A DNA stretch of 64,000 bases, taken from positions 22 to 64,021 of IMG/VR virus record IMGVR_UViG_3300036827_000134. The stretch is one strand, 5' to 3'. This DNA comes from a virus. Taxonomy: Duplodnaviria > Caudoviricetes. The notes beneath the pieces are model-generated. The model was not told the origin of the DNA and did no database searches. It saw only the letters and a list, made by a program, of their open reading frames with translations. Below are positions 37,448 through 47,560 of the stretch, one piece after another (the stretch's first letter is position 1; the number at the start of each line of letters is the position of its first letter). A program made the position numbers and the translations under genes.

Positions 37448-38446
37448 TCAGGCCTTTTTTATGGGAGAAGTCAGCGCACCTTCTTGTGTGGCCTTTGCCC
37501 ATTTCTCGACATGAGCTCCGACTTCCTGAGGGGACGCCGCGATATGCGTAAATTCAGGATCGGCATTAGGGCCGCCAGGATAAATGATCCATCCGTTGGC
37601 AACGCGGCGGACTGAGATAAGGTCGCGCATATCAGATCTCCTCAATCAATAGGCCGAGCGCCACCGCATCATGCGCATGCAGCAAAATACCCTCGGGATG
37701 CTCGTAACGAGCACTCAGCCACGACCCGACAGGATACACGTTTGCGTCCAGACGGGTCGCCGGTGCGCCATCAAGATGAAGCACTGCGACATAGCCGCCC
37801 ACGCTCCGGTCGATTTTACGGCCGAAGAATTGACCGAATTTGTCAGAATAGGTCATTAGCAAGCCTCCTTGGCGGGCAGCACAATCGGCCGCACAATCGA
37901 GACAGGGTAATAACCAGCATCGTGCAGCTCGGGCCCCACGGCTCGCAGGACTGCGTCAATGCTGGCGGCGTATACGACCCGTTCAATTCTTTGCGAACCG
38001 GTCATGCTACACGCAGTTACTTTGTATTCCATTGCACTGAACTCCCAGAGGTTGATTACCAGCGAGCGAAAGTCGGCAAACGATCGTAAATCTGCTGACA
38101 GATCGACTCGTAATGAATGGCGGTGTGCACCTCTCCGCGGGCCCGACACCGCATGGCCGTGGCCGGATACGCGTAAACGGTCGCACCCGTGAACTCGTCA
38201 CCCGCGATGAACGCGCCTTGCGAGTCGTGGCCGAACTTGATTTGCATGGTCGTACTCCTCTTAACGGTTAATAGTGACAGTCGGGTGCACCACAACGATC
38301 TCGTATCCGAGTGAGCGAATGAGCCGGAGCGTGCGATCCGTCAGAGTTGTGGTTCCCGCGATACACGCAAACCGGCCGGCATCCGGACAAGCGGGGTAAA
38401 CTGTGTCCCGCCCGTAGACTGATTTGATCTGGACCTTGATTTGCAT
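37448..38446 (-). other. Leftward early operon of five small ORFs (38261-38446, 38056-38247, 37856-38032, 37632-37856, 37448-37630)
   Basis: Each preceded by GGAG/GAGGAG RBS, tightly packed downstream of promoter at 38481-38509. Confidence 0.65.
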
Positions 38447-38466
38447 CTCACCGCTCCATCTATCTA

Positions 38467-38509
38467 TTAACTGTTAAAAGGTGTAGCGGACTCTCTGTCC
38501 ATTGGTCAA
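38467..38509 (-). promoter_or_regulatory. Early promoter with perfect operator TTAACTGTTAA near +1
   Basis: Minus strand TTGACC-N16-GCTACAC (alphaproteobacterial sigma70-like) followed by the 11-bp palindrome. Confidence 0.65.
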
Positions 38510-38804
38510 TGGAAATACGACATGCGAGCGACAAATAAATCACGGCCTATAGCTCCCCCTGTTTGTAAGTGGTGTTACGGCGGCGACACCGCACGCCCGG
38601 ACGGATATCATTGGATTGTGAAAAGCATCTTTCCGGCAAAGATAGATATCCGGAAGTGTACCGCGATAAAGCAAAGGCCCGAACCGATATGCCCAAAATG
38701 AACTCGAGACCGTCACCGTAAAGCTGCGCTACGCAGATCAGCCTCACCCCGCACTTGAACCTCCCGCCAGCGCATCCTCAACAATGGAAAACTGGCCGAC
38801 GTCA

Positions 38805-38836
38805 TTGACTAACCGTTAAACGGTGAGGAAGTACTC
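38805..38836 (+). promoter_or_regulatory. Rightward promoter upstream of terS with operator in spacer
   Basis: TTGACT-aaccgttaaacggtgag-GAAGTACT; CTAACCGTTAA at 38809-38819. Confidence 0.5.
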
Positions 38837-38958
38837 CCCCGCGCACGCGCGCGTCGCGACGTCCAGACTCGTACAGCGGCCCGAGTGCATCAACCCGCAA
38901 GCGGCCTCTAATTCGTTCGGGCTTGCCTGTCAATGAGTGCGACGCCATACAACGCGAC

Positions 38959-39405
38959 ATGCCGCCAAGACCTAGCCCGCGACCTGTGGACGAACGTGCA
39001 CCGCTCAGTGCACGCCAAATGTCGTTCATCGCGCACTATCTGCTCAGCTTCAATGCGACCCAAGCAGCGCTGAAGGCAGGCTACAGCGCAAAGGGTGCGA
39101 CGACACAAGGATCGATCCTGCTATCGAACCCGAAGGTAAAGGCCGAGATCACTAAGCGGAAATCGGCTCTGGCGGCTCGCTCTGAACTGTCGCGCGATTG
39201 GCTGCTTCATGAGCTGGCCGAGGAGTTTCAGGCCGCCCGAGAACCGACGGTGCGCAAGAACGACAAGGGTGAAGTCGTGAGCGTGACGCGAAAACCGCAG
39301 GCTGTAGCTCGCATTGGTGAACTGTTGGCGCGAATGAACGGGTGGATCGAGGACAAGCCAGGCAACACCAACCAGACGCTCGTGAACTTCGTTGTCCAGC
39401 GGTAA
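38959..39405 (+). CDS. terS: Terminase small subunit
   Basis: LSARQ..F..HYL..FNATQAALKAGYS.K.A...GS.LL.NPKV...I. Confidence 0.88.
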   Translation: MPPRPSPRPVDERAPLSARQMSFIAHYLLSFNATQAALKAGYSAKGATTQGSILLSNPKVKAEITKRKSALAARSELSRDWLLHELAEEFQAAREPTVRKNDKGEVVSVTRKPQAVARIGELLARMNGWIEDKPGNTNQTLVNFVVQR

Positions 39406-39730
39406 GCCACTGACATTGCTGTATTGTCTGGTCGGCCACCTGATCAAACGGTCGTATGGAGATACATCCGAGGTTTGTAAAGGCAGCTAACACGCGGGTT
39501 TCATTGGGATTTCCGCCGGGTCGGTAGCGCCGGCCAGCGGTCGACGTCCCGCACACCACCCAGATCGCGGCCGGCCGGACCCACCCCACCCCCAAGTCAA
39601 AGGACTCTGATTGTGGGGATGGTCCCCCTCTCCTCCGAGCGCGAAGCCAAAAATCACCAGTTATAAGAAATAACACGCGTTAGATACCTGGAAACGTTGC
39701 TGAATTTTTGAAAAATGTCAGAATGCTTCG

Positions 39731-40522
39731 ATGTTGATATGCATTGATCCGGCATGGGATAGACTGCCGCGGTCTGGTGGTGAAGCGCGTCGTTTGGGCG
39801 AGCGGTATTATTTTTCTGGTCGAGTGTGTCCGTTTGGTCACACCTGTCCACGACTCGCGAAAAAACTCAGTTGTCTGATTTGTCATCGCGAGGCATCGCG
39901 CAGGTTTTGGCGAGCGAGGTGTGGCAGCGAGGGTCGTTTGTCCGCGCCAAAGCGGCAATGGCGGCTTGAAGAGTTCATGCCAGTAGAACCGGTCATCCGG
40001 CTGGTTCCTGTTCCTCGGCCCGCGCGCCTGCCGAAGCACGTTCGGCCGGATGACCTGGCGTCTGACGATGCATTGATGATTTTACCGGCATCGGCGGCTG
40101 CGGCTTCGGGGATGGGTATCGGGCGTTTCTACACTGGAGTGCCATGTCCGAAAGGCCACGTAGAGGCGCGGTATGTGAGGCAGGCCCGTTGCGTCGAGTG
40201 TGTTCGGATCAAGAAGCGACATTGCCCATCGAAGATGCGGCGTCGGGAGCGGTCGAAGGCGTCTGGAGGTAACGCCCGCATTCGATGGGTTCGAGAATTA
40301 TTGGAGCGTCAGGGCGGCAGGTGCGCCGCCTGCAGGAATGAGTTTGGGGTGGTTGGTTTCCACCGGGACCACATCATGCCGTTGGCGCGGGGCGGTTCGA
40401 CCACCAGATCCAACATCCAGTTACTTTGTCCTGGTTGCAATCTCACGAAGGGAGCGCAGCACCCTGATGATTTCACACGCACATACTTTCGCTCTTGCGT
40501 TTCCCTCGCCGATGGTTATTGA
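39731..40522 (+). CDS. HNH endonuclease with two N-terminal zinc-knuckle repeats
   Basis: YFSGRVCPFGH...CLIC and FYTGVPCPKGH...CVEC; DHIMPLARGG....NIQLLCPGCNLTKG. Confidence 0.85.
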   Translation: MLICIDPAWDRLPRSGGEARRLGERYYFSGRVCPFGHTCPRLAKKLSCLICHREASRRFWRARCGSEGRLSAPKRQWRLEEFMPVEPVIRLVPVPRPARLPKHVRPDDLASDDALMILPASAAAASGMGIGRFYTGVPCPKGHVEARYVRQARCVECVRIKKRHCPSKMRRRERSKASGGNARIRWVRELLERQGGRCAACRNEFGVVGFHRDHIMPLARGGSTTRSNIQLLCPGCNLTKGAQHPDDFTRTYFRSCVSLADGY

Positions 40523-40554
40523 ATGTGGTGAATGGAAACGAGGACTTAACTGTT

Positions 40555-40779
40555 ATGGATAGCGCGCGCCTGAAAGCGCTGCACGCCGTTTTACGAGCTT
40601 CGTATGATGCTCTCATTCGGATCAGGGAGGCTGGGTTGCCGGACGGCGTTGGGACCGATACGGCGTTTGCGATCGGCGAGGCGACGGGTGTGTTGTCCAA
40701 GGCCAAGGGATTGCTGGGCCGCGACATCGACGATGTGAGGCGTTCGTCATCAGGAGCATCCCAAGATGGTCAACGTTAA
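40555..40779 (+). CDS. Small helical protein, paralogue A
   Basis: GAGGA RBS; similar to 41639-41836. Confidence 0.6.
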   Translation: MDSARLKALHAVLRASYDALIRIREAGLPDGVGTDTAFAIGEATGVLSKAKGLLGRDIDDVRRSSSGASQDGQR

Positions 40780-41074
40780 TGGTCGGCGCCCCAACACGAA
40801 GTCGTTTGGGCAGGTCAAAACGGCGGCGATACCATGTCCGCGGTGCAACGGAACCGGCCGTATCGAACCTGACAGCATCACCATCGGGGACCGCTTCAAG
40901 CAGCTACGGTCAAAGATGGGTGTCACTCAGTCCGAGGTTGCTCCGAAGATCGGGATCAGCCGCGCCCAGCTCGCCAACATCGAAGGTGACCGGTCAAGGC
41001 CAAGCATCGAGAACTTCGTCAGGGCAGCTGATACCTTCGGGGTATCGGTCGATTATCTTCTCGGGAGGAAGTGA
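40766..41074 (+). CDS. XRE HTH regulator with zinc-finger-like CxxCxGxG
   Basis: CPRCNGTG; IGDRFKQLR...TQSEVA...ISRAQLANIE...FGVSVDYLLGR. Confidence 0.85.
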   Translation: MVNVNGRRPNTKSFGQVKTAAIPCPRCNGTGRIEPDSITIGDRFKQLRSKMGVTQSEVAPKIGISRAQLANIEGDRSRPSIENFVRAADTFGVSVDYLLGRK

Positions 41075-41487
41075 TGAGCTTCTACAGCGCGGTGATCGCG
41101 GTCAACCCGATAGCGGGGGATTTACTGGCGTCGATCGGTCTTGGTCCTACTTCGGTTCCGCGGCCGCGTGATGTGTGGATCAACCGCGAGTTGACCGAGA
41201 TCACGGTGTTCACCCGCACTGGCGGCGGCAACCGCGACGACTATGCGACGGAGAATGCGGCGTTGCGGGCGCATCCCGGGTATTTGCGCGATCACGACTG
41301 GGCGACGGACCCGACGTATGCCGAATGGGTGTTTATCGTTCCGGCCGTGCACAGGGAGGGTATGCGTTCAGCGCTGGCAGATCTGCCGGGGAACGAGGAG
41401 CGGGACCACCTTCTCGGCGTAATCACGGCCGATGCCACGGCCAAGTGGTCGCGGATGATGGAGCGATTGAATTCGAGGGGAGGCTGA
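41074..41487 (+). CDS. Conserved hypothetical phage protein
   Basis: VFTRTGGGNR...HP.YL.D.D...D.TYA motif. Confidence 0.6.
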   Translation: MSFYSAVIAVNPIAGDLLASIGLGPTSVPRPRDVWINRELTEITVFTRTGGGNRDDYATENAALRAHPGYLRDHDWATDPTYAEWVFIVPAVHREGMRSALADLPGNEERDHLLGVITADATAKWSRMMERLNSRGG

Positions 41488-41638
41488 TCATGGATTTGAT
41501 TTTTCTTGAGCGACTGCGGCGCAGGCGGCGAGCGTTCGCTTCGTCCCTTTGGGATGCGGTTCGGGAAATTTGCAGATTGCGTTCCGCCGCCCGTCATGGT
41601 TATTGGATGACGGAAGCGGTAACAGGGATTACCGGTTA

Positions 41639-41836
41639 ATGGATCAGTTGGAAGAGATGAAGCGGATGCATGCCAAGTTGGAGGAGGCGCATCGTCTGGC
41701 GCGTTCGTTGTTTCCGCTTCGGGTAGCGATTTCGGCGGACACGGACACGGCGATTGTCGAGGCGGTTGGTATTTTGAGCCGGGCGCGAGCGTTGATGGGC
41801 TGGGACATTGATGATTTGGTACGCAAGGGATCGTGA
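41639..41836 (+). CDS. Small helical protein, paralogue B
   Basis: TDTAIVEAVGILSRARALMGWDIDD matches paralogue A. Confidence 0.6.
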   Translation: MDQLEEMKRMHAKLEEAHRLARSLFPLRVAISADTDTAIVEAVGILSRARALMGWDIDDLVRKGS

Positions 41837-42241
41837 ACGATGGACATTCAGTTGGTTGAGAGATTGGCGGCGGCCGGTGCCAGTTTGGAGCAGGCACAGG
41901 AGTTGGTTGAGGTTGGCGGGGTGCAGTGGCTGATGATCGGGAAGGTCGTTGATTTGATTGAGCGGTTGGTCGACTCGGAGGTTCGGGAGTTATGGCTTGA
42001 CGCGGTTCCCGAGGGCGAGCGGCCGCGATGAGTGTTCGGGCTGACTTTAAGGCGCGGCTTCTCGAATACATCACTCAGGATGATCGAAGAGGCCAGGGCG
42101 ACCAGTGCGGGTCGGCATTAGCGGCGATAGAGGCTGGCATGGGACTGATCCTGATGTTTTCCGCAATCGTGTTGATCGTTGCGATCCTGGGTACGCCGGT
42201 GTGGCCACCGAAGTGATGCGCGCTTTCATTGAGACTGGGAA

Positions 42242-42541
42242 ATGGTTCGCATGAGTGATGATCTGTCTGTTGAACCGGAGCGTCGACCGCGGCCGCACTT
42301 GCCGCATGCGTCCCGGCTCGGTGTCGAGGCGCGGGCCCGCAAGGCGGCGGTGTTCGCGGCCAATCTGCTGCCGATCGTGCGGCGCATTCAGGCGGCTGAC
42401 CCGGGCTGCGGGTATCAGTGGATTGTTGATCGGTTGAATGAGCAGCGGGTGTTGGCACCGCGTGGCGGCGATTGGAACCTGTCGACGCTGCACGCCATCC
42501 TGAAGCGTGAGATGGGAGGCGGGAGGCATGAACGAGGCTGA
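42242..42541 (+). CDS. Orphan serine-recombinase C-terminal DNA-binding domain
   Basis: FAANLLPIV...IVDRLNE..V.APRGG.W..STL..IL.R; no catalytic domain. Confidence 0.7.
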   Translation: MVRMSDDLSVEPERRPRPHLPHASRLGVEARARKAAVFAANLLPIVRRIQAADPGCGYQWIVDRLNEQRVLAPRGGDWNLSTLHAILKREMGGGRHERG

Positions 42542-42740
42542 CGCACGAAAGAAATGGTGCCCATTCTCTCGGGTGGCGCTGACCGAAGGTATGGCGGCGA
42601 ACCGCACGGCCACGATGGGCAGCGGCGGCTACGCCGATATCAAGGATGAAACCCGGTGCCTTGCGTCTGACTGTATGGCCTGGCGTTGGGGGCCCGATAG
42701 GGCCGGCGGGTACTGCGGTCTCGCGGAGAAGTCAGGATGA
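42528..42740 (+). CDS. Small Cys-rich conserved phage protein
   Basis: ARKKWCPF.R...CLASDCMAWRW...GYCGLA. Confidence 0.7.
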   Translation: MNEADARKKWCPFSRVALTEGMAANRTATMGSGGYADIKDETRCLASDCMAWRWGPDRAGGYCGLAEKSG

Positions 42741-43212
42741 AGATTTTGATAGAGGTCGAAATCCCTGAAAGCGGCTTCGCCTTTTTCCGCCGGGCAGCGC
42801 CGCCGCCTCCGGATTGGTCGGATGAGCAGGTCAGCCACGCGACCATCCGAGCGTTGATCATGGGGATCACACACGATATCGGCGCCCGAGGCTTCGATTT
42901 CGACACTGAAGTGCGGGGTAATATGTATGGCGGCGGTTATTGCGTGCGGCGGTTGGCATCATGACTGACGCTGAACATCTCGCGCTTTTGATGATCAACC
43001 GGGCGATCCGGCCGACGGCGATGCACCTCGGTCCTATCCCAGCGCAGATGGCATCCGATATGCTGGCTGATCTTTCGGGCGCGGTGCTGACGCTCGATCG
43101 GCCGCTGTCGATGCCGATGCTCGACGCTGTCCTGAAATTGGCGGAGACGTTGCGAGACGAAATCACAGCTTAGGAGGATCATTCCGTGACCGGTGCAGAC
43201 GCGCTATGATAT

Positions 43213-44174
43213 ATGGCCGAAGGATACAAATACAGGCATCTCTCGGTCAAACTGCCACCACTTTGGTATGAGCCACCGCCGCCGGGGCTGGTCGCGATGC
43301 TTGATCAGTTGGCGAGGGATTGTCTTGAGGTTACGGCGATCGACTTCGACGTGTTCGGCTCCCCGGCAACGCGAGTTTCGCTGAAACCAACGGAGGAACG
43401 TTCCATGAGCGATGATCTGTTGACGGCGTCGGGTGCGCTGTTGCCCTTGAAGAGTGAGGCCCAGATCGCTGATCTCCAGGGAGAAAACACTTATCTCAGG
43501 ACCAAATGCGCGCGCATCCTCGCTGATCGCGATCGCTGGAAGCAAGAAGCCAGGGTCGCGCTCGACGGAGAAGAAAAGGCACTTGAAAAAGCCGTGCTCC
43601 GAGAAATCCGGATCGCCGCACTCGAAGCGGAGAACGCCGACAAAGACGCTCGGATCAAAGGCCAGACCGAGATGCTGACGCTGCTCGACCGGAAGTTGAA
43701 CCTCTATATGCGCCTGTTCGTCAGCACAACGAACGTCCAACCGAAAGTGCTCGAGCACAATCCGTTCCGCGAGTTCCCGGTCGATCGCCGTCGGATGGGA
43801 CCGTTGGTATGACGCTGACCGAATATGCTGCGGCGCTGGCGACTGCTCCGGCCGGTTATGCCGAACGCCCGAGCGAGGAGGTGCAGTCAGCCATTATCGA
43901 TGGCACAATCTTCCTTGTGCACGCGGCGCTTGAACCGATTCTCTACGAAAAAGGCGGTTGGTGGTATCTTTCCATCAGACGCACGCAACCAATTCCAACG
44001 AAAAAGCACGATCCTGATCCGCCGGCGGTGGCTGATATAGATGTGCGCGATGAGATTCTGCGCATCCTGGCCGAGCGGCATCTGTCGTCGCTCACGCCAG
44101 GCACGGCTGCGGCGCAAGAGTTGAATCGGTTGATGGTGGCGGCAAACCTTTGGCGACCGCCGCCGCCCGGCTAG
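43213..44174 (+). other. Two hypothetical ORFs (43213-43812 coiled coil; 43809-44174)
   Basis: ATGA-coupled ORFs. Confidence 0.5.
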
Positions 44175-45168
44175 TCTTCCATCGGCACGCGTTGCATGCG
44201 CGGCGGCGCGAACGGACTGGCGATGCGGCGCGGTTCAATCAGGGACCCGATCCCAGGGTATTCCGGTTCGGCTCTGGCTTCGGCGGCAGCCGGTTTACCG
44301 CGGGCCAGACTGTGGAATTCGGCCACCGGCAGCGTAAACCGTTGGCCTTGTCGTGCGCGGATGGCCTCGCGGACCTCGTCGGCGACCCCGCAGCGCTCGG
44401 CGAGCCGGCCGACCATGAACCGCGCACCGGCGACCTCCTCGGGCGACGCGTCCTGGCCATCCAGGGCGAAATATTCATCGACCAGCTTGGCAGCGATGTC
44501 TTCCAGCAGCATGACTTTGACGTCATGCGGGATTTGCGACGGCATGATGAAGCTCTCCGGACCGGGCGGCGGCAGCGCCTCGATCGCCTTCCGAATATCG
44601 CGCAACCATTGCAGTTGCACCGGAGCGATCGGCTGTTTGAGACTGCGAAATCCGGCGAGATAGGCCGACGACCAGTCGAGGCGCCTGGCGATTGTGGCCC
44701 ACGACCAGTCTATGGCGGCTTTGATCTCCTCGACTTCGTCAATGGTGCTTTGGGAGATCATGGTCTTATTTCCTCGATACAACCGAACAGCTTAATGCGC
44801 TGCGGCGCGTATTCCTTATCTGTTTCAGCGCGGGTTATCGACACCCAACGGGTAGCATGGTCCGGTTTGGTGGTCAGTGACCACGTCGTGAGGCCAAAAT
44901 CATAGACCGCGTAAATCGGCAGATCGGTCGCTTCCTGTTCGCGCGGCACCCGGATTCGATAGTGCTCCTCGATAGCGGACGGCGCGATCTGTTCCAGCAG
45001 AAGCAGGGCCAACCTGCCGGCCGTGGCACCGATCTGTTCACGAGTAAGATCAGGAGCGACCGCAAGTCTGGCGAATCTCACGCCGCTGTAATGGAGTTGC
45101 TCTACCTGGTCCGGCATGGGCAGCACCACTCGATCGGTCGGGTCGTAAAAAACGAATAACGCAGGCAT
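44171..45168 (-). other. Two leftward hypothetical ORFs (44171-44761 HTH-like; 44758-45168)
   Basis: IDWSWATIARRLDWS HTH-like; ATGA coupling. Confidence 0.45.
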
Positions 45169-45639
45169 TTGCACGCGACTCCTTGCCGGTGGCCCGGCAT
45201 GGTTGACCGAGTCGCGTGCGATTGGCAAGGTGACCAAGTTCTTGAACTGTTTCCTCCAAAGGGTGGCCCGGCGGAAGATGTAACGAACCGACCGTCGGGC
45301 CCAACCCGAAATCGAGGCCATCCGTGACGGTCTCCGACCTGCTCAACATCGCCAGTTCCATCGGCACAGGGTGTTTTGCCCTGTCGATCGCGTTTGCCGG
45401 GCTCGGCACGGTGCTGAAGTTTGCCCGCTGGGCGTTTGGCTGATGCCGCAGGGTCCGGTCTCCCGCATCATTGTCCGGCGGCCCAACGGCGAAACCGAGG
45501 TCGTCGGCCGGCCAGGGCATATCGACCACAACACCGCAGCCCGGCTTTTCGCCAGGCACGGCGAGGTGGTGACGGTCCGGCACGAAATGATGCCACAGCA
45601 GGGCGCGGCGCTCACCGTCGCCATCCACAACCTGAAACG

Positions 45640-45834
45640 ATGATGACAGGCGGTTGGGTCTGCGAGGTCGGCGCCGGCGAACCCTCCGTGTGCTACCCCC
45701 TCGACGATCTCTATGCGCATCGGCCACTGAGCGAGCATTGTCCGTGCAATCCATTCTGGGATGACGGCATTTTGGCGCACAATTCGTTCGACGGCCGCGA
45801 GGATTTCGAGGAGGGCCGCAGAAAGGCGTCCTGA
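45640..45834 (+). CDS. Small His/Cys metal-binding conserved phage protein
   Basis: PLDDL..H....CPCNP......HNSFDGRE. Confidence 0.6.
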   Translation: MMTGGWVCEVGAGEPSVCYPLDDLYAHRPLSEHCPCNPFWDDGILAHNSFDGREDFEEGRRKAS

Positions 45835-45835
45835 T

Positions 45836-46330
45836 ATGCCACTTGTGAAATCGGCCTCCCGTAAGGCAGTATCCGAGAATATCCGGCGTGAAATGGACGC
45901 CGGGGACCCGCAGCGCCAGGCCGTGGCGATCGCACTCGACGTGCAACGCCGATCAAAAGGAAAACGGAAGATGCCCGAAAGTGCAGCACATGCGCCCGGC
46001 CGTGAGATCTCGGGAGAGGGCGGCGCGGTCCGCCAGCGCCACCGCATGGGCGAAGGCGGTGGCCCAATGGGTGGTAATTTCGGCGTGATGCCGTTCCATG
46101 AGGCGAACAAGACCGGCGGCGTCGAGCACGGCGGCCATATGCCGCATGACGGGGTGACGCTGCACGATCATCACCGAGCGGGCCCGCCGGCGATCAAGCA
46201 GGGTCACGACGAGATGGCGGCAACCGCGCACAGCCACCATGGGCCGCATCATCACCCGCGCCACATGCACGACCTGATGCCAAAAGGGACGCGCCCGCAC
46301 CACATCGGCGGTAAGCACCACAGCAAGTGA
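45836..46330 (+). CDS. Basic protein with His-rich C-terminus
   Basis: MPL.KS.S.KAVSENIR.EM.AG....QAVAIAL N-terminus; 20 His in last ~78 aa. Confidence 0.7.
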   Translation: MPLVKSASRKAVSENIRREMDAGDPQRQAVAIALDVQRRSKGKRKMPESAAHAPGREISGEGGAVRQRHRMGEGGGPMGGNFGVMPFHEANKTGGVEHGGHMPHDGVTLHDHHRAGPPAIKQGHDEMAATAHSHHGPHHHPRHMHDLMPKGTRPHHIGGKHHSK

Positions 46331-46340
46331 GGGTTGTCGC

Positions 46341-46805
46341 ATGAACACGGCGACCTGGGACGAGACGAACCCCGAGGACATCATTTGCGTCGTTGGCGCG
46401 AACGGGAAGTCGCAAACCATCCACGGCCGTTCGGTCGCGGAAACGCAGGGCCGGATCCCGAAAGTCATGGTCAGCGAATTCCGGATGTCGCAACCGGAGG
46501 CCGACGCGTTCGCGGAAATGGCTGCGGCGGAGCGCGGCAGGCCGACCGAGATCGACGAACTGCGCTTATCGGCGCGAGGGCTGGTTACGATCAATCGGCA
46601 GCAGACCAGGCTGATCGCCGACCTCCAGGACAAGGTCGACGCGGCCGAGAAAGACCGCGACGCGGCGATTGCCGAGAAGAAAATCCTTGGCACGTCGCTG
46701 GATCAGGCCACCGCCAAGATCGCAGAATTGCAAAAACCGCCGCCTGCGCCACCAGAGTCCACACCGGAGACCACCGATGGCAAAACGGAAAAACCGGCGG
46801 CGTAG
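46341..46805 (+). CDS. Coiled-coil hypothetical protein
   Basis: GAGGG RBS; heptad region. Confidence 0.6.
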   Translation: MNTATWDETNPEDIICVVGANGKSQTIHGRSVAETQGRIPKVMVSEFRMSQPEADAFAEMAAAERGRPTEIDELRLSARGLVTINRQQTRLIADLQDKVDAAEKDRDAAIAEKKILGTSLDQATAKIAELQKPPPAPPESTPETTDGKTEKPAA

Positions 46806-47058
46806 CAACGAGATCGCGGTACCGGCGCCGCAGTCGCAGAATGAAAGTCTGTCCGTCCGGCAGATATCGAACGGCTTTATTATCGAGCGATCCGGCGTGA
46901 AGCGCGGCAGGTACTTTTCGCACCAGGAATATTCCGCCGGTCGACCGGTAATCTCGGCCGCAGCGCCCAGACCGGCAAAAGTTGTGCCGGCGCCACGCAC
47001 CAAAACCCGTCCACGGTCGGAACACCGTGAAGTCGGCTACCTGAGGCAGACTGACTGA
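46777..47058 (+). CDS. Small basic protein
   Basis: GGAG RBS; LSVRQISNGFII motif. Confidence 0.6.
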   Translation: MAKRKNRRRSNEIAVPAPQSQNESLSVRQISNGFIIERSGVKRGRYFSHQEYSAGRPVISAAAPRPAKVVPAPRTKTRPRSEHREVGYLRQTD

Positions 47059-47234
47059 TGGCAGACGATAGCGACTACGCATTCACGCCGCCGAGCAGCC
47101 CGACGGCCTTCCCGAACCACATGTTCAAGCGCATTGAGTTCGCGGACCCGCGCGCTGAGTACACTGGATTTCGCAATCGCCAACGCAGCGGCTTGGTGTC
47201 GCCGGCAAACGACTCGGGAAAGGCGGACGACTGA
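47058..47234 (+). CDS. 58-aa micro-protein (MADDSD...)
   Basis: Hand-translated; TGATG-coupled on both sides. Confidence 0.55.
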   Translation: MADDSDYAFTPPSSPTAFPNHMFKRIEFADPRAEYTGFRNRQRSGLVSPANDSGKADD

Positions 47235-47284
47235 TGGCTAAGCACCCCGGCGACGACGGCAACTGGAACCTGGGCTCGGCCTGA
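47234..47284 (+). CDS. 16-aa peptide MAKHPGDDGNWNLGSA
   Basis: TGATG-coupled; 13/16 identical to N-terminus of 47560-47811. Confidence 0.5.
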   Translation: MAKHPGDDGNWNLGSA

Positions 47285-47302
47285 AAGAGCGAGGGACCTG
47301 AC

Positions 47303-47560
47303 GTGGCCGACGAACCGGACATTTCCAAATTCGCCCATCACGCTCCGGCGGGACCGACGTCGGCGCCAGATATGACGCCGGATGCACCGACGCCGAGCCG
47401 GCAAGTCATGTACCACATCGTGCACCGGCAGTCCGGTAAGGTCGTCGGGAAGGCGTCAACCCGCCAAGGCGCGCGCCGGTCGATGGATCGGAACGATAAT
47501 GCGTATGGAGGCTACGCCCACAAGGTCGTAGAGGTGGGTAGCGGTAAAGAGAGGCTCTGA
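47303..47560 (+). CDS. Small protein with FAHHAPA motif
   Basis: GAGGGA RBS, GTG start. Confidence 0.6.
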   Translation: MADEPDISKFAHHAPAGPTSAPDMTPDAPTPSRQVMYHIVHRQSGKVVGKASTRQGARRSMDRNDNAYGGYAHKVVEVGSGKERL

